In this document: piece by piece, positions 50,010 to 64,000 of the stretch
Numbering within the stretch: the first letter of the stretch is position 1
Layout: the number at the start of each line of letters is the position of its first letter
Assembly: GCA_010909165.1 (NCBI GenBank)
Contig: VJWM01000063.1
Coordinates: forward strand, 1,426,001 to 1,490,000
Direction: 5' to 3'
Source of the DNA: Anthoceros angustus
Lineage: Eukaryota > Plantae > Anthocerotophyta
DNA: 64,000 bases
Notes under the pieces: model-generated
What the model saw: the letters and a program-made list of their open reading frames with translations, nothing else
Database searches by the model: none
What the model was told of the DNA's origin: nothing
Translations under genes and position numbers: made by a program

Positions 50010-51890
50010 TTAATAACCAGGCCACCAAAACATCCAAGTACCTCGCTAAACAATCACTACCTTCATTATCATAAAAGATTTTGTAGTCATATTGTTGAGG
50101 ATCCGTTGTTAGAAGTATAGGCCTTTTGCATCACGTGGGATGAGATTATTATGCCCATCGGCCACTATAGTGTGCATTGCAGCCATGTGGTACATCATTT
50201 ACTCCACATGTTTGGTCCGTGGCGGTCAGAACCAAATCGCCCATTCCCTATCACTCGATGACCGTGGACTTCCCATTAGTGTTTCACCTCCCCATTGCAT
50301 TTGTTAGCAAGCCCATCTCGCAAAGACCTTACGTAGATATTATTTGGCCAATAACCTCTGGTATGCCCACGATATCTGACCACACATCTGCGTGGCACTA
50401 GCTATCACAAATCAACCCAATTTGTAAATAGGGTGAATGAACTTGCCACATTGGACAAATACATTAAAAACTATTCAAAGCTCTTGAAATAAAGAAGAAT
50501 AGAATGATATAGTTATATATCACGATACCTTGTTAATGCAAGAGCATGCTTGTGCCATCATAATTACAAAACCACCAAGGACATAGGTTGCATCGGTTTG
50601 AATAAATCCGAGGCATTGTAGATTGAAGCATCCTGTTGTTTGATAATTATCTTTCAGACACACACAACACTTTATATTAGCCTAAGTTTGAACTAACATG
50701 CATTACTAGTGAAGGAATGTTGCTTTCCATAGGAATCACTTCTTGTCAATAAATAAACAAATGAGGTTGTGCATCCGAAAACATTAATGGTTCCACCTAT
50801 TTTTGAAGAAACAAGAAATTTCAAATGTTAGGTGCCTTCCCAAACGTTATTATATTTTCTTGGATTATAAAACTCTTTTGAGATTTGATTGATATGTTTA
50901 TAATACTATAACATAAAGCAACATACTTACAATCCACCCCACTTCATAGTATTACGGTTATTATTGCGATGCTATAACCCAAATTTAGATTGTACCATCT
51001 TGGTTTGTCATATCGCCTTGAGGATTCCAAAGACTAATACGCTCCACCTCCATTCCACTTTCTCGGACTTGAAGCAACGACATACCGCATTTTATATCTA
51101 CATATGTTAATGAATCTTGCATGCTTGCGTGTAACATAGCTTCATGCTTGCTACATTGATCTATCTAGTTCTCATTATCATGAGGACTTCATGGTTTAGG
51201 TACTTACATGATGCGTGACCGATTGAACTTGGCCTAGAGCTCTTTGCGGCTTCGTATTTACTTTGTGCACGTTATCTCCTTTGCACGTAGAATAGGTATA
51301 GTACCTTCCGGACACGAACCAACTTCATGTTGATAAGCATCGCACGTGTTGCGGAATACAGTTGTGATTCGCCTTTTGAGTTGATGTTGATGGTTTCTAC
51401 GTAGTACGTGGAGCTATTTTAGATCTTGAGCATCAAATGAAGACAAAGTATGCTAATGTTATAGTTACATCTTGAAATGAAAGCCATAGCAAAGCACTTA
51501 CTTGAATCACATGATCCCAAAGCGTGGATCTCGAGTGTTAGTTGGTGCTCAATCTTCACGCAATCTACTATCGAACCATCCGTAAGTCGGAATCAATTCA
51601 AACATAAAAATAATAATTTAAGATACTAATGCAAAGAATGGTCAAGCCTAAAAAAAAAAACCTTAGAACCTTTAGTTAATATGAATAAAAATTCCAATCA
51701 ACAAGAATTGGGGAATCGATTTAAAATCTCACAAATTAAAGGAAAGTAAAAACATACGCTGTGTGTTTGGACAAATGGCAATGTACCATCTTTTGAAATA
51801 AAAGCTTTGTGCCTCAACCAACGCTTTGCTTCCATAGCTAAAAAGGAACAAGAAGCTTGCCAATAGTAGGATTAGCCAAGTGTTAGACAT
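50010..51890 (-). CDS. Neprosin-family peptidase, copy 4
   Basis: Array copy; best preserves AAT ACT AT. GAA GTG GGG TGG (NT-I-EVGW). Confidence 0.8.
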
Positions 51891-54800
51891 GGTGTGCTCA
51901 ACTAGTCTTCACTAGGAAGTCTCACAACAAAAGGAGCTTGAACATGAACTTGTAGCTAATTTAGAACAACTTTAACTCCGGACAATAATGTGAATAAGAG
52001 TGAAGCACACACACACACATATATAGACCATATCTAAAATTATTTCTTGAACTTATCTCTTGGTATACAATTGATCTTGATACATATATGTACACATGCA
52101 TGTGCCCAGATTCGAATTAGTTATGGATAGGAAAATGCCCATGCGCGAGAAGCCCACTGATTTTTCTCTTAAGCTTGAATGGGCAGCTCTTGCGACTAGG
52201 CTTTGCAATTCAGCTAATATTGTGAAGCGCTTTTTAAACACAAGTTTGGTGATAAAACACTACCCAAAAGTTTTAGTGTTTGAAGTTTGCCAAGGCATCA
52301 TGAGCTCATCACATCCAAAGGTCCTTACCCAAGCCGCTACCATTTCTATAGACTATCCGCATGTTGGGCTTCCTATTTTGATCATTGGCACGATCCTTTG
52401 CGGACATCATACCGCTAATAGCTACCAATATTTTACATTACATCATGGTGTTGCAGATGTACATTCTCATGCCATATGTGAGCTTCCAAGAAAATCTCAT
52501 ACCCTTATGACCCTTTTGAAGGTAAGCAATAGCTATGCTCTCCGACAATGTGCGATACATTGATGTGTGTCCTTCTCAAATCTTGGTTCAGTATTTAGCT
52601 TGGTTTCCACATTGAAGGTTTGTGTTATTTTGATAATACAAGATTCTCGGCATGCATATAGTGTGATAGGCGACAAGGAAATTGGCAATGAGGTGATTTT
52701 GCAATTCCTACCTCTCGAGACTCAACACACCTTGAATCTGCACGGTGCCTCAAGCTCTCAATTGGAGTGGAATGTCGATGATGGTGGTATGATGTATCAA
52801 TTTCCCATGTCCTCATTTTAAATGTCACAAACTTTCTAACGTTATTATGGATTTGGTCATAATGAGTCTTCATGTTGTAGAGGATTTGTTTGGGCATAAA
52901 CACAAATCTTTATGACTCACTGTTGGTTAGATGTAAGCCCTAAAGGACGAATCTACTCAAATTGAGTGGTTGTCGTAGTTTTGGGCCTGTGTTTTTCCAC
53001 ATCCATTTTTACGTCGGACCTTTGAGCATATGTGCCTGCAATGTGGAGAACATGTAGATTTTTAGAGCGGACAAAGCGAACACCATCTCCATGCCCAGGT
53101 GAGCTTGAAGGGAGATTCCTGTAAGATCACGTGGAACAAAGCCGGTACATGCTGGCGAGGGCCTGATCACATGGCCTCTTCTTGAGCCGATCTAGCTGAG
53201 CCCTCGCTGCCGTGGTCGATAAGGCCTCAACATGGCCTTGCAGGCAATATCTCGGTCGTGCAGGTGCGTGTTGCCGGTTGTTTAGGTCGATCACGATGTG
53301 TTTTTAGAAATGGAGGTCAAGCATAGCTTAGTAGGACTAATTTTTTCTTTGGAAAATGTGATGGCCATGCTCTTGACTTTCAATTGTGCTCATTTTTGTG
53401 ACAATGTCCATGGCCTTGCTAAGAATTCGAATCCGTGATGAAGTTTGCTCAACCCAAGTCCTTGTCATTCTGCACAAGTGAGGATGCTCACAGCCTTGTG
53501 ACCTGAAGGGTCAAAGGGCATTGGAAATTGTGGAAATGTCATATAAGGCATTGCCTTGTTTCAAAAGAGATGAGCGAGCGTATACAGCATGTGCAGTGGT
53601 CATTGTGAGAGTGAGACCAGGTAAACAGATTTTTTAAAAAATAAAATATACATAAATACATGATATTCACCACGAATGCGGAAAATGGACTTCGTCCTTT
53701 AGGAGTTGAATTCAGCCTGCATGCCAAAGAGCATTTCCAGTTCGTGAACATTCAAAGCGGGTCACGCACAATCTTCTAAGTCACGTTGTCGTGAGAAATG
53801 GGATCCAAAGAATGCAGCGATTGCGATTTAGAAGCATAAGGAGCCAAAGCAAAGATTCGAGTTAGAGCGCGAGATGCGGAGATTGCAAACATCGGCATCC
53901 AGCGGGTCCCAGCTCATCGGCCTTGCGACCGAGGTGGGAATTTCATTCCACAAGGTGACATCGGAATAGAATCACGCGACAAGCATGGTCGTGAGTTTTG
54001 ATCCAAGAAAATCTTGGCGGTGTGCATCGATCAAACCGGGTGACTGACCTGACCCACCGGTATGGTGCTAGACTTGATGGAAAGGAGGTCTTGCTCGGTT
54101 GGATCCACCAAACCGATGTCGACCGCATGATTGACGATGTTGTGAGAACCAGCATTGATAAAGCTCACCATGGTTTGGCCTCCAATCTGAACAACATTTG
54201 GTTGGATGTGGGATTGCTTGGGATCCGCAGGTGAATCGGTGATTGTGAAGTGGTGTCGTACAGCGACCGCCGCAAGTTGGGGTAGCCCAACTTCCGGATA
54301 TGGGCATGATGCGCGCCGGCCGCCGATGTCGTCATGTGCTAGAGAGACCGTGGAACCCACAAGGACTGCCGCCACTTTGTTGTAAAGACGCGTTGTAGGT
54401 GTTGTCAACGACTAGACTCGGGTGTGTTCAAGTCGATGCATTACCACTTCTATCCCATGTTGGAATGGCTAGCTTGCCAATGCCACGCAATACCGAGGCC
54501 CACCCCTTGTAACTTCCAGTGGATGAAGAAGCACAAGGCAAAATTTCAAAGGTCTAAGTGCTATGCGTAAAACATCTCTCATCCCACATGGTGAGACCAT
54601 TATTGAAGCATTTGTTATGCTCTAACAAGATGAAAATGATGCTCGTAGCGTTGAATGAGGACATTTTAAGATTGATACATTATCGCACCACGATCATCCA
54701 AATTCCATAAATTTTAATATAGAACATTGACCCACTCGCAACATTCAAGTGCAACTCGATTTTGCGGAAACATTTCAAGCAAGCAATCTTGCCATCCATC

Positions 54801-56215
54801 CATAGACGGCGATAGGATCCTTGTGTGATGCTCCTCACTTTTTCATAGAGAAAGCCTTGTGCACACGCACAAAGGGCCACTTGCCCAACAAAATGTCCAT
54901 ACATTTGCAACATTATGAATCTAGCTTTCCTCTAGTATCAAGCTTTGTCATGCTTAATCCATTGTGTCGATTCTTACTAGAGGGGAGGAGAAGGTGCGGA
55001 TTGTGCTTGTATGAACACATTATTGCTGTGGGACTGCAAGCATTTTAATGCAAGCCGAAGCCTGCCACCATTCTGTAGGGTCTCTACATGTTGGGCTTCT
55101 CTATTTTGATCGTTGGCATGCTTCTTTCCGGATAGCATATCCGCTGATAGCTACTAGTGTTACATCGACATCATGGTGTTTCACGGTCCAGTGTTACAAA
55201 ATGATGCGATATGTGAGCTCACAAGAAAATCTTATGACTCATTTTCAAGGTAAGAGATAGTTCGCTCCGACTATGTCCCCACATATTGTTACACCGACGT
55301 GTTGTCCTTGAGATCCTAGCATCTGTATCTTCTTTATATCTAAGTTTTGTGTTACTCGGTTGATTGTAACTAGGATGCAAGCAAAACATTCAAGTTGAAG
55401 CTTCGTTTTAAGGTTTAGCTTTAATTTTCCGCTTTCTTTTACTTCCAAGCATATGTTGCAGGCCATTTGGTGGCTTAACTCACGCTTCATACTCAAAGGC
55501 TTCGTGTGTTTGTTGCAAATGCTAGTAAGCCCAGACATTATGAGCAATCATGGGTATGTCGCACCTTGTAAGTCGCTGCGGCTTAATTTTGGTAATAAAA
55601 ATAAATCGAACATTGGGGATTTTGCAAGGTTCTAATTCCCTTAAAAATATGTCTTCATCGGGCATGAACCAGCTCATGGTGTTTTTGGTGTTTTATTTAA
55701 AAGTTGACTCACAAAGTTTCTATAGACGGTTAATCAGTTAGAGGACAAAAGCCCTCCAAGGAATCCGTCTTTGAAGTGCGAAGATATCCTCTACGTGATC
55801 ATATGGTGCGAAACTTGCTTTCAATTAAGTTTAGACAAGAATGAACCTGTAACTTGAAGGAGAAGTTTTGAAAAATAGATTTGTCTACAAGAAATCCAAC
55901 GTTTATGTGTGTTAAAGTGTAAGCAAGTTGACAAGTTTCATCTCAAACGAATGGATGTATTTATTTATTTTGGCCTACTATATTTTTTGTTAGGATAAAT
56001 AAAATAGATCAATCATAATTTATGATAGAAACTAGAAACATCTACATCAAGTACTCGGTTTTGATGATGTATATGAAAAGGCTATAGCTTTGTCACCAAA
56101 TTACGTTGATTTAAAATCAAACAAATCGACATTACAACATTACTTTTTGTAAGCCCAAACAGTGGATGCAAATTAAGAAAAATAGCCCCTTTCTTCGTGA
56201 TTACGGATAATCTGG

Positions 56216-58134
56216 TTAATAACCAGGCCACCAAAACATCCAAGTACCTCCGGCTAAACAATCACTACCTTCATTATCATAAAAGATTTTGTAGTCATAT
56301 TGTTGAGGATCCGTTGTTAAGAAGTATAGGCCTTTTGCATCACGTGGGATGAGATTATTATGCCCATCGGCCACTATAGTGTGCATTGCAGCCATGTGGG
56401 CTGGTACATCATTTACTCCACATGTTGCTGGTCCTGCGTGCCGAACCAAATCGCCCATTCCCCATCACTACGTGCAGGTATGGACTTCCATTAGTGTTTC
56501 ACCTCCCATTGCATTTCAAGCAAGCCCATCTAAAAGACCTTCTCAGTATAGATATTATTTGGCCAATAACCTACAGCTATGCCCTCGATATACACACATC
56601 CGCGTGGCACTAGCCTCATATCACAAATCAACCCAATTTGTAAATAGGGTGAATGAACTTGCCACATTGGACAAATACATTAAAACTATTCAAAGCTCTT
56701 GAAATAAAGAAGAATAGAATGATATAGTTATATATCACGATACCTTGTTAATGCAAGAGCATGCTTGTGCCATCATAATTACCGACAAAACCACCACCAA
56801 GGACATAGGTTGCATCGGTTTGAATAAATCCAGGGCATTGTAGATTGAAGCATCCTGTTGTTTGATAATTATCAATCGTATTAACACACAACACTTTATA
56901 TTAGCTACGTTTGAACTAACATGCATTACTAGTGAAGGAATGTTGCTTTCCATAGGAATCATCATTCAATAAATAAACAAATGAGGTTGTGCATCCGAAA
57001 ACATTAATGGTTCCACCTATTTTTGAAGAAACAAGAAATTTCAAATGTTAGGTGCCTTCCACCAAAACGTTATTATATTTTCTTGGATTATAAAACTCTT
57101 TTGAGATTTGATTGATATGTTTATAATACTATAACATAAAGCAACATACTTACAATCCACCCCACTTGATGTATGTTATTATTGCACGATGCTATAACCC
57201 AAATTTGAGATTGTACCATCTTGGTTTGTCATATCGACCTTGAGGATTCCAAAGACTAATACGCGTTCCACCTCATTCCACTTTCACGGACTTGAAGCAA
57301 CGACATATCGCATTTTATATCTACATATGTTAATGAATCTTGCATGCTTGTGCACGTATTTAACAATAGCTTCATGCTTGCTACATTGATCTATCTAGTT
57401 CTCATTATCATGAGGACTTCATGGTTTGAGGTACTTACATGATGCGTGACCGATTGAACTTGGCCTAGAGCTCTTTTTGCGGCTTCAGATTTACTTTGTG
57501 CACGTTATCTCCTTTGCTTGCACGTAGAATAGGTATAGTACCTTCCGGACACGAACCAACTTCATGTTGATAGAGTCGCCGGCCTCGGTTGAACATAGTT
57601 GTGATTCGCCTTTTGAGTTGATGTTGATGGTTTCTAGTAGTACGTGGAGCTATTTTAGATCTTGAGCATCAAATGAAGACAAAGTATGCTAATGTTATAG
57701 TTACATCCGCTTGAAATGAAAGCCATAACGAAAGCACACTTACTTGAATCACATGATCCTTAAAGCGTGGATCTCAGTGTTAGTTGGTGCTCAATCTTCA
57801 CGCAATCTACTATCGAACCATCTGTAAGTGGAATCAATTCAAACATAAAAATAGCGAGTCGGTTTAAGATACTAATGCAAAGAATGGTCAAGCCTAAAAA
57901 AAAACCTTAGAACCTTTAGTTAATATGAATAAAAATTCCCAATCAACAAGAATTGGGGAATCGATTTAAAATCTCACAAATTAAAGGAAAGTAAAAACAT
58001 ACGTTGTGTGTTTGGACAAATGGCCATCTTTTGAAATAAAAGCTTTCCTTTGTGCCTCAACCAACGCTTTTGCTTCCATAGCTAAAAAGGAACAAGAAGC
58101 TTGCCAATAGTAGGATTAGCCAAGTGTTAGACAT
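56216..58134 (-). CDS. Neprosin-family peptidase, copy 5
   Basis: Array copy; ORF 56216-56458 carries the C-terminus. Confidence 0.8.
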
Positions 58135-61100
58135 GGTGAACTAGTCTTCACTAGGAAGTCTCAGAAAGGAGCTTGAACATGAACTTGTAGCTAATTTAGA
58201 ACAACTTTAACTCTGGACAATAATGTGAATAAGAGTGAAGCACACACACACACATAGACCATATCTAAAATTATTTCTTGAACTTATCTCTTGGTATACA
58301 ATTGATCTTGATACATATATGTACACATGCATGTATGCGCCACAGATTCTTTGAATTAGTTATGGATACAGGAAAATGCCCATGCGTAAGCCTGAGCCTG
58401 ATTTTTCTCTTAAGCTTCGAATGGGCGCAGCTCTGCGACTAGGCTGCTTTGCAATTCACCTAATATTGTGAAGCGCTGTTTGGTGATAAAACACTACCCA
58501 AAAGTTTTAGTGTTTGAAGTTTGCCAAGGCATCATGAGCTCTGTCATATCCAAAGGTCCTTACCCAAGCTGCTACCATTTCTATAGACTATCCGCATGTT
58601 GGGCTTCCTATTTTGATCATTGGCACGATCCTTTGCGGACATCATACCGCTAATAGCTACCAATATTTTACATTACATCATGGTGTTTACAGATGTACAT
58701 TCTCATGCCATATGTGAGCTTCCAAGAAAATCTCGTTACCCTTATGACCCTTTTGAAGGTAAGCAATAGCTATGCTCTCCGACAATGTGGCGCAACACAT
58801 GATGTGTGTCCTTGAAATCTTGGTTCTGTATTTAAGCTTAGTTTCCACATTGAAGGTTTGTGTTATTTTGATAATACAAGATCTACATGCATATAGTGTG
58901 ATACGACAAAGGAAATTGGCAATGAGGTGATTTTGCAATTCCTACCTCGGACTCGACACTCAACACACTTGAATGCCGTGGCTCAACTGCTCTCAATTGG
59001 AGTGGAATGTCGATGATGGTGGTATGATGTATCAATTTCCCATGTCCTCATTTTAAATGTCACAAACTTTCTAACGTTATTATGGATTTGGTCATAATGA
59101 GTCTTCATGTTGTAGAGGATTTGTTTGGGCATAAACACAAATCTTTATGACGGTCTCACTTGGTTAGATGTAAGCCCTAAAGGACGAATCTACTCAAATT
59201 GAGTGGTTGTCATGCGTTTTGGGCCCCGTGTTTTTCCACATCCATTTTTACGCCTTTTGAGCATATGTGCCTCCTGCAATGTGGAGAACATGTAGATTTT
59301 AGAGCGGACAAAGCGAACACCATCTCCATGCCCAACGGTGAGCTTGAAGGGAGATTCTGAAGATGCGTGGAACAAAGCCGTGGTACATGCTGGAGGGCCC
59401 CATCACAATGGCCCCTCTTCTTGAGCCGCCTAGCTAGAGCCCTCGCTAGACCGTGGTCGATAAGGCCTCAACAGGAGACGACGGCAATATCCGTCACGCG
59501 CGTTGCCGCTTGTTTAGGTCCGATCGATGTGTTTTTAGAAATGGAGGTCACCGCATAGCTTAGTAGGACTAGCCCAATTTTTCTTTGGAAAATGTGATGG
59601 CCATGCTCTTGACTTTCAATTGTGCTCATTTTTGTGACAATGTCCATGGCCTTGCTAAGAATTCAATCGTGATGAAGTTTGCTCAACCCAAGTCTCATTC
59701 TCGCAAGTGTGAGGATTACTGCGGGCGTGACTGAAGGGTCAAAGGGCATTGGAAATTTGTGGAAATGTCATATAAGGCATTGCCTTGTTTCAAAAGAGAT
59801 GAGCGATACATGCAATCGTGGTCAGTGGTCATTGTGAGAGTGAGACTGAGTAAATGATTTTTTAAAAAATAAAATATACATAAATACATGATATTCACCG
59901 AATGCGGAAAATGGACTTCCTTCCTTTAGAGTTGAATTCGCAAGCCTGCATGCCAAAGAGCATTTCAGTTAGTGAACATTCAAAGCCCGGCGCACAATCT
60001 TCCTAAGTACGTTGTCGACGGAGAAATGGGATCACAAAGAATGCAACGACGATTGCGATTGTAGAAGCATAAGGAGCCAAAGCAAAGATTCGAGTTGCCG
60101 AGGCAACGAAGATGCGGAGATTGCAAACATCGCATCCACCCTCGAGCTCATCGGCCGACCGAACGGTAGGTGAGAAACACTGCTCCACAAGGTGACATCG
60201 GAATAGAATCACATGACAAGCATGGTCGTGAGTTTTGATCCAAGAAAATCTTGGCGTGTCCGATCAAACCGAAGGGTGACTTTGTGCACCCACCGGTATG
60301 GTGCTAGACTTGATGGAAAGGAGGTCTTGCCGGGTTGATCCACCAAACCGGATGTCGAATGATTCAAGACGATGTTGTGAGAACCAGCATTGATAAAGCT
60401 CAAGAACTACCAGGTTTGGCCTCAATCCACGAACAACATTTGGTTGGATGTGGGATTGCTTGGGATCCGCAGGTGAATGAAGGTGATTGTGAAGTCGGTG
60501 TCGTACAAGCGCACCGAGTTGGGGCAGCCCAACTCCGGATATGGGCGTAGCATGATGCGCGGGCCGCCTCGCCGCCGCCGATGTCATGTGCTAGAGAGAC
60601 CGTGGAACCCACAAGGACTTTGCCCACTTTGTTGTAAAGACGCGTCGTTGTAGGTGTTGTCAAGCGACTAGTCGCCCTCGTGCGTGTTCAAGTCGATGCA
60701 TTACCACTATCCCATGTTGGAATGGCTAGCTTGCCAATGCCACATGCAGGCCCACCAGCCTTGTAACTTCAGTGGATGAAAGCGTAAGCACAAGGCAAAA
60801 TTTCAAAGGTCTAAGTGCTATGCCCGTAAAACATCTCTCATCCCACGATGGTGAGACCATTATTGAAGCATTTGTTATGCTCTCTAACAAGAGAAAATGA
60901 TGCTCTAACGCTTGAATGAGGACATTTTAAGATTGATACATTATCGACGATCATCCAAATTCCATAAATTTTAATATAGAACATTCGACCCACTGCAACA
61001 TTCAAGTGCAACCTTCAGTTTTGGAAACATTTCAAGCACAAGCAATCTTGCCCATCCAGGTCCATAGGCGGGCGCATAGGATCCTTGTGTGATGCTCCTC

Positions 61101-62480
61101 ACTTTTTCATAGAGAAGCAGTCTTGTGCACGGCACAAAGGGCCACTTGCCCAACAAAATGTCCATACATTTGCAACATTATGAATCTAGCTTTCGGCTCT
61201 AGTATCAAGCTTTGTCATGCTTAATCCATTGTCGATTCTTACTAGAGGAGGAGAAGGTGCGGATTGTGTATGAACACATTATTCTGTGGGGGCAAGCATT
61301 TTAATGCAAGCGAAGCCACCATTCTGTAGGGTCTCTACATGTTGGGCTTCTCTATTTTGATCGTTGGCATGCTTCTTCCTGATAGCATACCACTTGATAG
61401 CTACTAGTGTTACATCGACATCATGGTGTTTCACGGTCGGTGTTACAAAATGATGCGATATGTGAGCTCACAAGAAAATCTTATGACTCATTTTCAAGGT
61501 AAGAGATAGTCGCTCTTGGGGTGACTATGTCCCCATATATTGTTACACGACGTGTTGTCCTTGAGATCCTAGTTCATTATCTTCTTTATATCTAAGTTTT
61601 GTGTTACTCGGTTGATTGTAACTACAGGATGCAAGCAAAAACATTCAAGTTGAAGCTTTCGCTGTTTTAAGGTTTAGCTTTAATTTTCCGTTTCTTTCTT
61701 TTACTTCCAAGCATATGTTGCGTGCCATTTGGTGGCTTAACTCACGCTCATACTCAAAGGCTTGTGTGTTTGTTGCAAATGCTAGTAAGCCTGACATTGT
61801 GAAACCGGTGGTATGTCGCACCTTAAGTGCTTGCTTTTATAAAATAAATCGAACATTGGGGATTTTGCAAGGTTCTAATTCCCTTGAAAATATGTCTTCA
61901 TCGGGCATGAACTAGCTCGGTCATGGTGTTTTTGGTGTTTTATTTAAAAGTTGACTCACAAAGTTTCTATAGACCGGTTAATCGAGTTAGAGGACAAAAG
62001 CCCTCCAAGGAATCAGTCCGTTGCTGAAGTGCAGATATCCCTCTACGTGATCATATGGTGCGAAACTTGCTTTCAATTAAGTTTAGACAAGAATGAACCC
62101 GTAACTTGAAGGAGAAGTTTTGAAAAAAAGATTTGTCTACAAGAAATCCAACGCTTATGTGTGTTAAAGTGTGTAAGCAAGTTGTACACAAGTTTCATCT
62201 CAAACGAATGTACGATGTATTTATTTATTTTGGCCTACTATATTTTTTTTTGTTAGGATAAATAAAATAGATCAATCATAATTTATGATAGAAACTAGAA
62301 ATACATCTACTGCTCAAGTATCGGTTTTGATGATGTATATGAAAAGGCTAGAGCTTTGTCACCAAATTACGTTGATTTAAAATCAAACAAATCGACATTA
62401 CAACATTACTTTTTGTAAGCCCAAAACAGCCGATGCAAATTAGAAAAATAGCCCCTTTCTTCGTGATTACGGATAATCTG

Positions 62481-64000
62481 TTAATAACCAGGCCACCAAA
62501 ACATCCAAGTACCTCCGCTAAACAATCACTACCTTCATTATCATAAAAGATTTTGTAGTCATATTGTTGAGGATCCGTTGTTGTTAAAGTATAGCCTTTT
62601 GCATCACGTGGGATGAGATTATTATGCCCATCGGCCACTATAGTGTGCATTGCGCCCATGGGCTGGTACATCATTTACTCCACATGCTTTGCGGTCGTTC
62701 GAACCAAATCGCCCATTCCCCATCACTACGTGTACTGTGGACTTCCCATTAGTGTTTCACCTCCCATTGCATTTCAGAAGCCCATCTCGCAAAAGACCTT
62801 CAGATAGATATTATTTGGCCAATAACCTACAGCTATGCCCTCGATATACCACACATCTCTGTAGCATCTAGATTACAAATCAACCCAATTTGTAAATAGG
62901 GTGAATGAACTTGCCACATTGGACAAATACATTAAAACTATTCAAAGCTCTTGAAATAAAGAAGAATAGAATGATATAGTTATATATCACGATACCTTGT
63001 TAATGCCAAGAGCATGCTTGTGCCATCATAATTCAGACAAAACCACCACCAAGGACATAGGTTGCATCGGTTTGAATAAATCAGCATTGTAGATTGAAGC
63101 ATCCCGTTGTTTGATAATTATCCTGTATTAACACACAACACTTTATATTAGCTACGAAGTTTGAACTAACATGCATTACTAGTGAAGGAATGTTGCTTTC
63201 CATAGGAATCACTTCGTCCAATAAATAAACAAATGAGGTTGTGCATCCGAAAACATTAATGGTTCCACCTATTTTTGAAGAAACAAGAAATTTCAAATGT
63301 TAGGTGCCTTCCACCAAAACGTTATTATATTTTCTTGGATTATAAAACTCTTTTGAGATTTGATTGATATGTTTATAATACTATAACATAAAGCAACATA
63401 ACAATCCACACTTGACGTATTACATTATTATTGCCTGATGCTATAACCCAAATTTGCGAGATTGTACCATCTTGGTTTGTCATATCGACGAGGATTCCAA
63501 AGACTAATCCGTTCCACCTCCATTCCACTTTCCCGGACTTGAAGCAACGACATCACGTTTATATCTACATATGTTAATGAATCTTGCATGCTTGTGTACG
63601 TGTTTAACAATAGCTTCATGCTTGCTACATTGATCTATCTAGTTCTCATTATCATGAGGACTTCATGGTTTGAGGTACTTACATGATGCGTGACCGATTG
63701 AACTTGGCCTAGAGCTCTTTTGCGGCCGTATTTACTTTGTGCACGTTATCTCCTTTGCTTGCACGTAGAATAGGTATAGTACCTTCGGACACGAACCAAC
63801 TTCATGTTGATAGAGTATAAATCGTGTTGCTTGATAACATAGTTGTGATTCGCCTTTTGAGTTGATGTTGATGGTTTCTACGTAGTACTGGAGCTATTTT
63901 AGATCTTGAGCATCAAATGAAGACAAAGTATGCTAATGTTATAGTTACATCCGTTTGAAATGAAAGCCATAACGAAAGCACACTTACTTGAATCACATGA
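62481..64000 (-). CDS. Neprosin-family peptidase, copy 6 (5' end outside the window)
   Basis: Array copy; ORFs 62348-62674 and 63081-63296. Confidence 0.75.

Larger units (their letters stand above)
30033..64000. repeat. ~6.3-kb tandem array, 5 complete units plus a partial sixth, continuing beyond the window
   Basis: Marker AGGATGCAAG (MO25 exon 9-like) at 30121, 36542, 42866, 49164, 55372, 61626; spacings 6421, 6324, 6298, 6208, 6254 bp. Confidence 0.97.

Overview
Land-plant nuclear DNA. The compact introns and a KP/GRP-type PPR-DYW gene point to a hornwort-like lineage (inference). Single-copy genes read cleanly, but repetitive parts carry many 1-bp deletions typical of unpolished long-read consensus, so frameshifts there are not proof of pseudogenes. 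Left to right: a mitochondrial-carrier remnant; an intronless BDP1-like (TFIIIB B'') gene; a ~4.9 kb minus-strand PLS-PPR locus; a degenerate CRE/R2-like RLE non-LTR retrotransposon; minisatellites; an intact 11-exon MO25/CAB39 gene; a truncated NUG2/NOG2 GTPase gene; an internally duplicated and deleted Copia element; and, from ~30 kb to the window end, a ~6.3 kb tandem array (5 full units plus a partial sixth). Each array unit carries a neprosin-family peptidase gene between two scrambled pieces of the neighbouring MO25 gene. The PPR locus is the most striking feature. It ends in a KPAxA/HAE/GRP DYW:KP domain (the class linked to U-to-C editing), is an in-frame head-to-tail fusion of two PPR arrays, and starts with a PDF motif of the kind known from OSB organellar ssDNA-binding proteins.
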